A stretch of 64,000 bases of DNA from Dehalococcoidia bacterium (lineage in GTDB: Bacteria; Chloroflexota; Dehalococcoidia; SM23-28-2; RBG-16-64-32), in the NCBI GenBank assembly GCA_963665775.2, contig CAXXTF010000001.1, positions 792,339-856,338 of the forward strand, given 5' to 3'. The translations under genes and the position numbers were made by a program. Positions 18,609 to 29,099 of the stretch are shown in pieces. The stretch's first letter is position 1; every line of letters starts with the position of its first letter. The notes beneath the pieces were generated by a model. It did no database searches. It worked only from the letters and a program-made list of their open reading frames with translations, and was not told the DNA's origin.

Positions 18609-18881
18609 ATGACACTTATACAAGATGCGCTGGCCGACTGCCTGAGCTCTCTAGAGAAGGGCGAGTCCGATCTCGAGGGTTGTCTCGAGAGGTATCCTGA
18701 GCATGGGGAGGAGTTATCGGCCCTCTTACACTTGTGGGCTGACCTGCCCAGACTCTCGTCGGATATCGAGCCTTCGCCGACTTGGCGTGTTCGAACCAGA
18801 ACGGCGCTTCTAGCCAAGTTCGAGGGTAAGGACCCATATACCTTATCTGAACGCAGGACTGCGTCGTACGTGTCTCATTGA
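18609..18881 (+). CDS. Anti-sigma-like N-terminal domain protein (short, no TM)
   Basis: LADCL...LEGCLERYPEHGEELSALL, homologous to the N-terminus of 47168-48343. Confidence 0.65.
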   Translation: MTLIQDALADCLSSLEKGESDLEGCLERYPEHGEELSALLHLWADLPRLSSDIEPSPTWRVRTRTALLAKFEGKDPYTLSERRTASYVSH

Positions 18882-18894
18882 GCCGCTCCTCTAT

Positions 18895-19633
18895 TGTATG
18901 GGGCATAATGTCATCCGTATCTGAAACAGGTCAAGCAGCCAGCCATTCATACTCGTGATGTAATCCCCCCAGCACCGGCCGGGCAACGATCGGCCCGACC
19001 CGGGGCGGGCCAGCCCGTGCAGGTGGCCCGGTGGGAGTCTCGAGATCCAGAGTGCGATAAGGTCGCCCGTTGTTGTAGTGGAACTCGTACTCCAGCAGCA
19101 CCGCACGAAGATGCCGCTCATTGATAATGATCAGGTGATCTAGGCACTCTCTGCGGAGTGTGCGCATCACTCGTTCGGCGATGGCGTTCGCCTTGGGAGC
19201 TCGGATCGGGGTGAGTATGACTTCGATACCCAGCCAGGTCGCCCTTGGGATGAAGCTCCCACCATAGCAGCAGTCGCGATCCCGCGCCACGTGCTTCGGC
19301 TGCTTACCCCAGGGTGTGGCCTCGATGAGCGGTCGCCATACCCACTCTGCATTAGGGTGGGCAGTCACGTTCAGGTGAACAAGCTGGCGCCGGCCATCAG
19401 AGATGAAAAGGAACACGTAAAGAGTCTTCAGGGCCAGCGTCTGAACAGTGTAGAAGTCAGCGGCCCAGATATGGGGCACGTGGTTCTTGAGAAAGATTCA
19501 CCAGGACTGAGATGGCGGGCCGCGCCATCTTGATCGGCGGTAGCGCCGCACCGTTCGAGAGCTGATGTCATAGCCCAGCTTGCGGAGTTCGCCGACGATG
19601 CGCATGCTGCCCCAGCGGGGATTCTCGCAGGCT
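18895..19633 (-). mobile_element. IS481-like transposase 3' part with terminal IR (5'-truncated)
   Basis: ENPRWGSMRIVGEL; ADFYTVQT...RDRD...PKANAIAERVMRTLRRECLD...GGLHHEY; IR TGTATGGGGCATAATGTCATCCGTATCT. Confidence 0.88.
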
Positions 19634-19740
19634 AGGCGGCCGGATCATCGCCCGGCCTGTGCTTGGCGCCCTGCTCTACGATTACGGAAGGCAGGCAGCG
19701 TGATCCCAGAACGCTGGCGGATCAGTTTTGCACCCCCACA
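19634..19740 (+). repeat. ~105-bp structured IS-end repeat, copy 1
   Basis: GGCCGGATCATCGCCCGGCC...GATCAGTTTTGCACCCCCACA; also at 25843 and 29452. Confidence 0.9.
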
Positions 19741-19763
19741 GCTGATCGCAAGAAAAAGGTTCA

Positions 19764-20300
19764 CTAGTCAGGATCACGTAGGCAAAGGCAGGAGTACATT
19801 TGCCCAAGAAAGCGCGATGGTATTGCTGACAGCAGACGGCAGTCAGCAAAGCCAACTAGCTCGGCCAAACGTTTGCAGGAGGGAAAGTCGATCGGGTAGG
19901 GAACCCAGTGATTCCCAGCATTTGTGTCGTACTCAACAATGATGAGCCTCCCACGGGGCTTGAGATAGGACATGACAAGGCGAATGACCGGCTCCTTGGT
20001 CTTAACAAAGTGCAGAGAGTTGGCCATCACGATGCCATCGAGCGGGGGCAGCGCTAGCGGCTCCGTAAAGTCCGCCTTTACGAACTCTAGTGCGGCGTGC
20101 TGAGGATTTCGATCAAACATACTCTGCTGCGCCGACAGGGCAACACCGTCCTTGTCCACGGAGTAAATGTGGCCATTAGGGCTGATAAGGTTCGAGAGAG
20201 CGAGCGTGAAGATTCCGGTCCCGGAGCCCAAATCTCTCCAATGCCCGCCGCGCGTGGGGACCCCCCGGCTAATAAGACCTTGCTCCTTCGCCACAATCAT
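19764..20300 (-). CDS. Class I SAM-dependent methyltransferase
   Basis: DLGSGTG, SVDKD, ADF, NSLHF, LKPRGRL. Confidence 0.88.
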   Translation of the reverse strand: MIVAKEQGLISRGVPTRGGHWRDLGSGTGIFTLALSNLISPNGHIYSVDKDGVALSAQQSMFDRNPQHAALEFVKADFTEPLALPPLDGIVMANSLHFVKTKEPVIRLVMSYLKPRGRLIIVEYDTNAGNHWVPYPIDFPSCKRLAELVGFADCRLLSAIPSRFLGQMYSCLCLRDPD

Positions 20301-20654
20301 CGGTCGCCTCAGTCGAATGACCAGCTTGCCTTACGGACGCAAGGCATGGATACAACCAAGGTATCAGATCCAGACATTAGATCAGAGACGTGACTGGGAT
20401 CGCTGGCTCCTGAAACCCGCAACACCAATCAGGGCCTGGCAATGCCTGCTACTTGGAGATCAGACATGTCAGCGCGGTATCTGTATACTTCGCGCCGACG
20501 CTCTCAGCCCCCGTTTGAGGAATGGTCGCGTGACCGGCCGGGTCGAGTCCCTCCAGCCATTGTCCGTGCGGACCTCCGGATCCATCCCACCGCCCAGCAA
20601 CTCCCATCTAATGTTGTCATCGGGTTCATCGCGCAGACGCAGGTCATATAATGG

Positions 20655-20883
20655 GGCCTACAGGTGGACCAAGCCGGAAGGGGGCATCGGATGCCACCCT
20701 TCCGACCGGCCATATCATGGCATCTCGTTCTACTGTGACGACATTGAGGCCACGGTCGCCGAGCTGGCACAGCGAGGAGTCGAGTTCAGCGCCCCAATCA
20801 GGGAGGAGGAAGGGGGCTCGGTCACGACGTTCGAGCTGCCCGGCGGAGGTCCGGTCGACCTCTACCAACCGAAATACACCTAG
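20655..20883 (+). pseudogene. VOC/glyoxalase family C-terminal fragment
   Basis: HP...ISFYCDDIEATVAELAQRGVEF...LPGGGPVDLYQPKY; N-terminus missing. Confidence 0.7.
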
Positions 20884-20904
20884 GGATAGGAAGCGAGGAA
20901 TATC

Positions 20905-21735
20905 GTGCCCATAGATCGTGTCCTCATTACCGGAACATCGACGGGGATTGGGCGGGCAACCGCCGAGCTGCTGGCCGAGAAGGGTTACCGAGTCGTTGCC
21001 ACCATGCGCAATACGGGGAAGGGCAGCGAGCTGGTGGAGAGGGCACAATCAAAGGGTTGGGACCTGGCGATCATACCTTTAGATGTTCGCAACGATGAAT
21101 CCGTGGAGGCAGCCTTCCAACAAGCTGGAGAAATCGATGTGCTAGTTAACAACGCCGGCTTTTCGGTCCGAGGGGCTGTGGAGGAGATCACCTTGGCCGA
21201 CTTGATCGATCAGTTCGAGACCAATGTTTACGGGGTCTTCCGATGCATCCAGGCCGCTTTACCGTCAATGCGAAAACGTGGCCACGGGACCATCGTCAAC
21301 GTATCGTCAGTGGGCGGATTGGTTGGCCATCCGTTCAACAGCGCATACGCTTCGTCGAAGCATGCACTCGAAGGCCTTACTGAGTCCTTGCATCACGAGA
21401 TAGCTCCTTTCGGGGTGCGAGTCCACCTAATAGAGCCTGGACTCGTCGGCGGCACCGCCTTTTTCGATAATTGGCGGTCGGTTGGCGGGAGCGCCTCGGA
21501 GACGTCTTCACCTTATGCTACCTTTATCCCTGGAATCGAACACCCCACCGATCGGCCCGGCGCTGTACTATCTCCCAATCACGAGGTGGCGGAGGTCATA
21601 TTGGAGGCCATCGAAAAAGGTGACAGGCTTCGGTATCCTGTCGGCCAATACGCGAGGGAGGTTTTCGCATTTCGCAAGCAGGCGAACGACGAGATCCTGA
21701 AAACTTTGGGGCCGCAACTTGGCCTTACCTCGTAA
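20905..21735 (+). CDS. Short-chain dehydrogenase/reductase
   Basis: TGTSTGIG, NNAG, YASSK. Confidence 0.95.
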   Translation: MPIDRVLITGTSTGIGRATAELLAEKGYRVVATMRNTGKGSELVERAQSKGWDLAIIPLDVRNDESVEAAFQQAGEIDVLVNNAGFSVRGAVEEITLADLIDQFETNVYGVFRCIQAALPSMRKRGHGTIVNVSSVGGLVGHPFNSAYASSKHALEGLTESLHHEIAPFGVRVHLIEPGLVGGTAFFDNWRSVGGSASETSSPYATFIPGIEHPTDRPGAVLSPNHEVAEVILEAIEKGDRLRYPVGQYAREVFAFRKQANDEILKTLGPQLGLTS

Positions 21736-21789
21736 TCTTTGTCTCTGTAACCGTTAGTGAATAGCACCTAGACCACTATGAGTTGATAG

Positions 21790-22020
21790 CGTCTCCCGGG
21801 TGCTACGCGCGTCGACAGGCCGACGGCGCTCAACGTGAAGACCACGATCAGGATGCCCAGGATGGTGTGGTTGCGGCGGGCGTAGCGAAACCCCTCGCTA
21901 ACGTGGAGAAGCATCCCCGGCTGTCTGGAGTCGGCCGCTGCTGCATCCCTGGGGGGCATGAACATTAGGGCCAGGAAGAGGATGGCGTTGCCCACCCCGC
22001 TCAGTGCGAAGGTGGCGGCG
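21790..22020 (-). pseudogene. MFS transporter internal fragment
   Basis: ...LLHVSEGFRYARRNHTILGIL (central-loop EGxRY motif). Confidence 0.6.
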
Positions 22021-22512
22021 ATGCGGTAGGGTGCCCAGGGCTCCAGGACGAGATGGCGCTGCCCGGTTCCGGGACGGGAATCTCCTCACGGTCTCCCACA
22101 ATGGCCTCAGTCTAGCACGGGATAATTCGAGCGATATCGAGGGGCAGCGGTTTCCAGGATCCGGACGCAGCCGATTGCCCTGAGCACTTAACTCCAGGAG
22201 ACGGAATCCCAAGCGGATCAGACGCAAGACGTTGCAGGCACCCCGTCGAGCCCGCACTATGTGTCGATAGTCCCCGGGCGGCAGCCGATCACTTGAGGCA
22301 GAGGCGACCAAATGACAGAATGAGGGGGCTGCCAATTCGCCCCGAGATGGCTAATGCATCTGCCGTCTTCCGGCTAGGCACTTGCTAAAGAGATTCGGCC
22401 CGGCCGGCTGGAGGGGAAGAACCCTGTCTCTTCTCGTACCTGCCTGAGCGAGCAGGCTTACTCCGCCCAGGATGGCCAACGCTGGATCTAGACGAGCATC
22501 GATCGGAAGGCT

Positions 22513-23805
22513 GTGAACCTAGGAACTCTCGTCTCAGCGCGCACTGGTCTTTTCTTCGGCTGGTGGGTGGTCTTCGTATCCGCGTTTGTCGTTTTGTTGA
22601 CCGCAGGTACTTTCTACTACGGATTCGGCACCCTGTTCGGTCCTCTAGTAAAGGAGTTTGGTTGGAGCCATGCCTCCATCTCCCTCGCCTTTTCCCTGCG
22701 CACGGAGGTGGGCGGTGTGGCAGCACCGGTAGTCGGGCTCTTGGTAGACAGGGTGGGGCCGCGGCGGCTGATGACGGGCGGCGTGATTACTGTTGCCGTT
22801 GGGTTCATCTTGCTAAGCCGCGTCCAAACGCTGGGGGCATTCTATGTGGCGGTACTCATCATTGCGGTGGGGATGAGCGCCTCTGGCGGGACTGTCGGAT
22901 ACGTAGCTATCGCACACTGGTTCCGCCGCCACCGGGGCATGGCCATGGGCCTTCTTACGGTAGGAGGCGGAGTCAGCGGCATCATGGTGGTGGTCCTGGC
23001 AGCGCTGATTTCCATCACCGGTTGGCGGGACACGTTGCTTATTCTGGGCCTGACGCAGATGGTCATATGTGTACCTCTGGCGCTGAGTATCCGCAATAGG
23101 CCGGAGGATCTTGGACTGAAGCCGGACGGGATCTCGGAATCTCGCCAAGAACCGTCGCTGCCCAGTGAATCCGATAGTGCACAGGCATCGGAAGGCCTCA
23201 CCGTACGAGAAGCATTGCGCTCACCGTCCTTCTGGAGATTCGGCACATCGATCGCTCTCTTCAACCTTGGGACCACAGCTATCGTCGTGCACCAAATTCC
23301 ATTTTTCACCTCGGGTATAGGCTTATCTGAGGGAGCAGCGGCCGCCTCCGTGACAGCGTTTACCTTAATGAGCATTATCGGCCGGTTTAGCGGTGGATAT
23401 CTTGCAGATTTTGTCGACAAGCGATTCATCCTGGCCGGGACTTACACATTGACTGGCATCTCCATACTGCTATTCGCCTCAATATACGAGATCTGGCAGA
23501 TCTTCATTGTCCTGCCGTTGTTCGCGGTCGGCTTCGGAGGAACGATCCCTGTACGAGCCGCCTTCCAGGCAGAACACTTCGGGCTGAGGGCTTACGGTGC
23601 CATTCAGGGCCTGCTGTTGACGATGGGCACTCTCGGTGGCGTGGCAGGACCGGTCCTGGTTGGGTGGATCTTCGACCAAACCGAGTCTTATCACCTGGCC
23701 TTCGCGCTCGTGTCCGCTGGCGCTCTCCTGGGAGCACCGCTCATGCTGTCGATTCCTAAGACGGTAGGTCAGATTCGGCTGCCGAAGGACCTGATCGTCG
23801 ACTAG
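22513..23805 (+). CDS. MFS transporter (OFA/MCT-like)
   Basis: FFGWWVV, GLLVDRVGPRR, HWFRRHRG, about 12 TM segments. Confidence 0.95.
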   Translation: MNLGTLVSARTGLFFGWWVVFVSAFVVLLTAGTFYYGFGTLFGPLVKEFGWSHASISLAFSLRTEVGGVAAPVVGLLVDRVGPRRLMTGGVITVAVGFILLSRVQTLGAFYVAVLIIAVGMSASGGTVGYVAIAHWFRRHRGMAMGLLTVGGGVSGIMVVVLAALISITGWRDTLLILGLTQMVICVPLALSIRNRPEDLGLKPDGISESRQEPSLPSESDSAQASEGLTVREALRSPSFWRFGTSIALFNLGTTAIVVHQIPFFTSGIGLSEGAAAASVTAFTLMSIIGRFSGGYLADFVDKRFILAGTYTLTGISILLFASIYEIWQIFIVLPLFAVGFGGTIPVRAAFQAEHFGLRAYGAIQGLLLTMGTLGGVAGPVLVGWIFDQTESYHLAFALVSAGALLGAPLMLSIPKTVGQIRLPKDLIVD

Positions 23806-23902
23806 AATGTTTGACGTTGTTCCCCTTGCCTGTCAATCGTAGAGTCTGGCCCTTCAGGTCTACATCGCCCAGGTTGAGCCCGTGCAGCTCCGAAAGACGG
23901 AT

Positions 23903-24260
23903 TGTCGGGCGCTAAAACCTCATCCGTATCTGGACGGGGTTGACTTGATGAGGTGATTGGGCCAGCTTTGGGGCATTACGTAGTCACGGAGGCCCAGCAT
24001 TGATCACCTACTTTCTGCTTCTTTGCTCTGCCCTAAGCGCCGCCGTTAGATCTCAGCAGCACCTCGTCCTGGAGAATCTCGCCCTCCGCCAGCAACTCGC
24101 CGTCCTCTCCCGCCAGTCGCGTCGACCCAGGCTGGAACCCGCTGACCGCCTGTTCTGGTCCTTCCTCTCTAGGCGCTGGTCGCGCTGGCAATCGGCGGTG
24201 GTTCTCGTTCAGCCGGAGACGGTCATCCGCTGGCAACGCACAGCCTGGCGACGCTGTTGG
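23903..24260 (+). mobile_element. IS481-like left end + transposase N-terminal fragment
   Basis: IR TGTCGGGCGCTAAAACCTCATCCGTATCT; ENLALRQQL...VQPETVIRW; nearly identical to 49540-49890. Confidence 0.85.
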
Positions 24261-24360
24261 ACATCGCCGGCCACCTTCCGGGCCATGCCAGCCCGTCCAC
24301 CTCGGCCATCTACGTGCAAGTCACAGAGACACAGCAGCGGAAGTTGTACGAGGTTACGGG
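24257..24360 (+). pseudogene. Tyrosine recombinase C-terminal scrap
   Basis: LPGHASPSTSAIYVQV resembles LGH...T..Y. Confidence 0.5.
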
Positions 24361-25397
24361 ACATCGCCGGCCTGGTCCAGGTCGCCGATCTCGTCCCTCA
24401 TCCCCAGCGCCACTAACGCCTCTTCCACTACCTGGACGTGCAACGCTACCCGGCGCTCCAGCGGCTGTTGCTGGCCCATCTCCACCGTAAGCACCGCAAC
24501 GTCACGATAGAGGCGCCCAATACCCAGGCTTGACCGGCTGCTGCCGGAGATACCCACAGGGGCGGCGGACGCGGACTCCGGCGGCAGGAAAGACGTCCCG
24601 GCCCCGCCGCGCCACGTGAACTCCAGGAAGGTCATCTCCTCCTGGGGGGTTGTGATCTTTCCGTTTACGGATTCCACGACCTCACGCGCCAGCCTTTCCC
24701 CTTTGCCGTTGGGGTAGGCGAGGACGGTCTGGCCTAGGAACGCCGTGTCTCTGTAGGGGCGGTTCTCATAGAATCCCCACGACTCGTGGAGATCGAGCAC
24801 GGCGTCGACCGCGAACTCGTCCACCAGGCTCACAATCTCGGCGGCGAGCCGGGCCATTGGGCTCCCCTGGGCGTCACCCGGGTACGAGCGATTGAGGTCG
24901 CTCAGGCCGGGGGCGGTGCGTGAGCCGGCGATTATGGCCCCTTCGTTGGCCCGCGGCACCACCAGAAGCGCGCCAGCATCCGGTCTCATCACCTCGAGCA
25001 GTTCCTCCGCCGCCAGCCAGCCGCCGGGCTCGTTGCCGTGCACGCCTCCCAGGACCAGGATCACCGGCCCCGGCTTGCCGCTTCCAATAACATAGAGAGC
25101 CGTCTCCTGCGGGGTGCCGACCATGAGCAGCCGTTCTTGAGTCCCGGCAGGATGCACTATCGGGGCGGGCGTCGGGGTTGGAGTCGGCGCCGGGTGGGAC
25201 GGCTCAACGGACGGCGTCGAAGTGGTCGGCGGCAGCGCTCCTCTGACCGGGGTCGGCTCCGGCAGCTCAATACCAGCTGGCTCGGTGCCGGCTCCGCCGC
25301 AGGCTATGAGGAAGGCCAATACGGCGGCCGCCAGGCAGGCCGAGAACGGCTGCCGCCAGCTCTTCAATCTCGCCTTGGTCTCCTGGGATCCGATCAT
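24354..25397 (-). CDS. Succinylglutamate desuccinylase/aspartoacylase (M14-like) lipoprotein
   Basis: Lipobox LIAC, PT linker, GGVHGNEPGG, DLNRSYP, LDLHES. Confidence 0.88.
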   Translation of the reverse strand: MIGSQETKARLKSWRQPFSACLAAAVLAFLIACGGAGTEPAGIELPEPTPVRGALPPTTSTPSVEPSHPAPTPTPTPAPIVHPAGTQERLLMVGTPQETALYVIGSGKPGPVILVLGGVHGNEPGGWLAAEELLEVMRPDAGALLVVPRANEGAIIAGSRTAPGLSDLNRSYPGDAQGSPMARLAAEIVSLVDEFAVDAVLDLHESWGFYENRPYRDTAFLGQTVLAYPNGKGERLAREVVESVNGKITTPQEEMTFLEFTWRGGAGTSFLPPESASAAPVGISGSSRSSLGIGRLYRDVAVLTVEMGQQQPLERRVALHVQVVEEALVALGMRDEIGDLDQAGDVP

Positions 25398-25678
25398 TTC
25401 TGAAGCAAGCCGGAATCTAGCCGCAGACCGCGGGTCTACACACCGAGGGTCACCCGCCCATTGTAACGGGTAACGCCCCAGGTTCGCAGTCCGGCGGTTA
25501 TTCACAGCCGGATGCTCGGCCCGACTCCCGCTCTTCGGGGCTGCCGCCAACGAGTAGGAGCCCGCACGACCGTCGATCACCCAGTCGGACCAGAGCCCAT
25601 GACACAGGGATTTCTACTCCGGGAGTCTAGCCATGATTGGTAAGGACCACAGAGGGCCAACCCCTTACATCTAAGTGA

Positions 25679-25724
25679 TGGAGGGCCCGGTGGGATTCGA
25701 ACCCACGACTCCCGGATTAAAAGT
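25679..25724 (-). tRNA. tRNA-Lys(UUU) 3' half only (att scar, not a functional tRNA)
   Basis: Minus strand ACTTTTAATCCGGGAGTCGTGGGTTCGAATCCCACCGGGCCCTCCA: anticodon loop, T-arm, CCA; no D-arm or 5' acceptor strand. Confidence 0.85.
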
Positions 25725-25842
25725 TCGCTGAGGCAAGTCTACCACGGTGCCTCAGCGTTCACCTCCGTATCTGAGAAACGGCCTTGGGTGCGCAGTCGTC
25801 CACCTGAGGTTGTCGTCATCCGCCCAGGTTGTCGTCAGGTAG

Positions 25843-25945
25843 GGCCGGATCATCGCCCGGTCTGTGCTTGGCGGCCTGCTCTACGAATACGAAAGGCAGG
25901 CCGCGTGATCCCAGAACGCTGGCGAATCAGTTTTGCACCCCCACA
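25843..25945 (+). repeat. ~105-bp structured IS-end repeat, copy 2
   Basis: Aligns with 19634-19740. Confidence 0.9.
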
Positions 25946-26012
25946 GGCCTTCGACTCACTCCGCGGACTCCGGATCCCTTTTCTTCGTCGCGACCATGGG
26001 TCGGCAGCTGAT

Positions 26013-26597
26013 CTACTGGACGCTTTCGACAAAATCCCGCGAGGAGGCGATCTCGGCCAATCGGGAGAGCACGTTCTCGATGATCCGGTCATGTAGCTCA
26101 ACCTGAGGGGCGGCGCAACAATCCTCGAGGAGGACGACCCGATAGTCAGCGTCCGCGGCATGGCGGGTTGCTGCTGCCACCGGGAGTTGCGTGGCCATCC
26201 CCATAATGGCCAGCGTGTCTATGTTTCCAGCGCTGAGGATCGATTGCAGTTCAGAGTTGTAAAAGGGATTGATCCGCGGTCGGCTGACCACCACCTCATG
26301 GAGGGCCGGCTTCACCTCATTACAGATCTCCATCGCGTCGCTGCCTAGCCTGAATCCGCCACTCTGCTTGATGCGGCTGAACACCTTGTTCCGATCGCTG
26401 ACCTCGGGGTAGCCGCTACGGAAGCCCATCACCGCGTGGATCACTGGTATACGGGCGGCCCGAGCGGCGTTCATGACCTTTCGCGCATTGCCTAGAATGT
26501 CGCGTTCTCGAATCATTGGGCTGTTCGCGATGCTCCCCTTGAAGAAGCTAATTGACAGAACAGCCGTTCCGGCTCTGTTAAGATTCAGATTCGACAC
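26013..26597 (-). CDS. Isochorismatase/cysteine hydrolase family (catalytic residues degenerate)
   Basis: AARAARIPVIH, IDTLAIMGMATQLPVAAATRHAADADYRVVLLEDCCA. Confidence 0.85.
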   Translation of the reverse strand: MSNLNLNRAGTAVLSISFFKGSIANSPMIRERDILGNARKVMNAARAARIPVIHAVMGFRSGYPEVSDRNKVFSRIKQSGGFRLGSDAMEICNEVKPALHEVVVSRPRINPFYNSELQSILSAGNIDTLAIMGMATQLPVAAATRHAADADYRVVLLEDCCAAPQVELHDRIIENVLSRLAEIASSRDFVESVQ

Positions 26598-26732
26598 CAG
26601 CGACCTCCGTTGTAGCTCTTCTCCCGCAACGCACGGCGGCTCAGAAAGCTCTCCAAGGAGACATTCGACAGGTGCGCGCCGGGCATCCCTCTGCCTCGGC
26701 CTTGGCTGCGAAGATAGAGGGCCAAAGGCTTC

Positions 26733-27110
26733 CTACGTGGCCGTGCTTTCGGCAGAGCGCGGCTGCGCAACCATGCGGTCCGTCATGGCCTCGTAGACGG
26801 CGTGGTAGACCATATCGAGTCCAGGGCCGCCGCGACCCGCGGCGGCCCACTCCCTCGCGCCCTTCCAGATGTTTGATACGACAGCCGGGGGGTCCTCGGC
26901 GTCGATCTCCCAGATGGCCAGGTACTTGCCGTGGTCTGGTTTAGCCACATTCGGGTCTGACTGATCGGCGATTTCATATCGCCTCCCTGCCACGACCCCC
27001 GCTACGCCTAGAATGTCGGGGACGTGGATGTCGGTGTACCAGTGATTGAACTCATCCTCGCGAGCCGGGTCGGCGCAGTTGCAGACCACGATGTAGACGG
27101 CGTTTGCCAT
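26733..27110 (-). CDS. EthD/DUF4286-like dimeric alpha-beta barrel protein
   Basis: EDEFNHWYTDIHVPDIL...RRY...YLAIWEI. Confidence 0.85.
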   Translation of the reverse strand: MANAVYIVVCNCADPAREDEFNHWYTDIHVPDILGVAGVVAGRRYEIADQSDPNVAKPDHGKYLAIWEIDAEDPPAVVSNIWKGAREWAAAGRGGPGLDMVYHAVYEAMTDRMVAQPRSAESTAT

Positions 27111-27593
27111 GGCGAACTCCTTTCGCTCGTACCTGGGGGACGCCTATATCTTTGCGGCCCACACACCTAATCCTGTCATCAAACCCTTGAGGCTCGCTGC
27201 TGGCAGCGTACAAGGCGGCACACACTTGCTGGCCCCGTAGGTCTCCGTCACCCGGCCGCGGTGCAAGGTTATGGCGGCTATGATGGCCTGTCAACTGAGG
27301 CGTCCAAGCCGTTGCCGACTGGGGGTCATGGCAACTCATTTCCTATGCGCTAGCGACACACATGAAGTCTTAATACGCGGTCACGGACTGATGAGTCTTG
27401 ATCCCCTTAGTCGGGCGGCGTCTGCGATGCGTTCAGCGTCTTGGGCCAGCGCAGCGAAGCTATATTGGAGAATGCACCAGAGCGATATAGACTGGCTGTC
27501 CGCCTCCTTTTATCTACGGATGTAATCTGGGCACTCCCGCCTGTCCGGCGGCAGGCAGGCCTCCGGCTCTATCTGCTAGGGAACGATTCAGCT

Positions 27594-28790
27594 CTAGGCG
27601 ATGGCTCCTCGCTCGCGGAGTTCGGCGACCTTCTCTTGGCGATAGCCGAATTCAGCCAGGATCTCGTCCGTGTGCTCGCCCTTATACGGGATCGGTCGAC
27701 GGTTTTCGAAGCCGTCGCCTTTCACTTTGACGGGGCTGGCCACCGTCTTGATCGTTCCATACTGCCGGCAGTCCTGGTCCACGAACATCTGGCGAGCCTT
27801 GTACAGAGGGGACTCTGTCAACTCGTCAAGCGGGTAGTAGGGAGCACCGGCGATATTGCTCTCGATGAAGATCTTGGTCCACTCAGCCTGTGTCTTCGTG
27901 GCGAAGATCTTGATCAGCTCCTGCCTCAACTCCTCGTCGCCAACGCCGCTATCCATGCGACTCACGCTCCAGTCGCCCCGAGTCGCCAGGTCGGGCCGGT
28001 CTACGACCTCACAGAAGTGCACCCAGAAGTGTTGCTCGGTCGCCTGGATGAGCATGAAGCGGTCATCCTTGGTCTTGTAGTAGCAGTACTTAACGCTAAT
28101 ATCGACGTTTGGGTCCTTCCAGCCCTTTTCGCCGTCGTTGAGGACGGGCAACAGCTCCTGTCCAAGGGCGGCTACGGTTGCGTCTGCGCAGGAGATGTCC
28201 AGGTAAGAGCCCTCACCGGTAGTCTTAAACTGAACCAGGGCAGCGCAAACCGCCATGGCGCCGGCCCAGGAGCCGTAGGTCAGGCCATGAGGGAAGGGCC
28301 GAGACTGGACGTAGTTGCCGTCCTTAGTCTCATAGGGGATGGCCAGGCCGGCAACGGCATCATAGGCACCACCATGGGTGGCCAGATGAGCGAAAGGCCC
28401 GTCCTGGCCGAAGCCGGTAATCGAGCAGTAGATGATGCCTGGATTGACGGCCCTGAAATCCTCGTAGCCCAGACCAAGCTTTGCCTCGACGCCAGGTCGG
28501 GCGCCCTCCACCACTACCTGACAGCTCTTGGCCATCTCCAGGAGTAGCTGACGCCCTTCAGAGGCCTTGATGTCCACCGAGATGTCTCGCTTGTTACGGT
28601 TCATCCACAGGAACAGGGGCATCGACCCACCCCATTTGTCGGGCTCCCTGCCAATTCGGAGGTAGTCCCCAACCGATTTCTCCTCGACCTTGATCACGTC
28701 GGCGCCTAGATCGGCGAGAAGCATGGTGAGCATGGGGCCCGGGATGAGGCGGGCCAGGTCCAGAACCTTGATTCCCTCAAGTAGCTTCAC
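27594..28790 (-). CDS. CaiB/BaiF family III CoA-transferase
   Basis: LEGIKVLDLARLIPGP, LADLGADVIKVE, NRNKR, ITGFGQDGP, GEHTDEIL. Confidence 0.95.
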   Translation of the reverse strand: MKLLEGIKVLDLARLIPGPMLTMLLADLGADVIKVEEKSVGDYLRIGREPDKWGGSMPLFLWMNRNKRDISVDIKASEGRQLLLEMAKSCQVVVEGARPGVEAKLGLGYEDFRAVNPGIIYCSITGFGQDGPFAHLATHGGAYDAVAGLAIPYETKDGNYVQSRPFPHGLTYGSWAGAMAVCAALVQFKTTGEGSYLDISCADATVAALGQELLPVLNDGEKGWKDPNVDISVKYCYYKTKDDRFMLIQATEQHFWVHFCEVVDRPDLATRGDWSVSRMDSGVGDEELRQELIKIFATKTQAEWTKIFIESNIAGAPYYPLDELTESPLYKARQMFVDQDCRQYGTIKTVASPVKVKGDGFENRRPIPYKGEHTDEILAEFGYRQEKVAELRERGAIA

Positions 28791-29099
28791 GGTGCCCTCC
28801 TTCTACAGCATCTACGCTTGTCGGTATGCAGCTATCTTCAGATATTACGATATTGTTGCCCGTTCGTGTGAGGGCGCGCTTCGCTGCATCATCGACGAGC
28901 ACCCCCATACGGCGCCGGGTCCATTCTAGCCTCGTTCGAACATCCGGCCCACTGAACTCGAATTGGACAGGCGGCCCGAGTGAACGCTAGTCGCTGGGCA
29001 TCTGGCTGCGACGCCGTCATGAATTGTCCCGCTGGCGTTGAGGCCTGCGTCCACCTTACCGGACCTTGGCCATCTGTGGGGCGCCAAATCCCCATCCGC

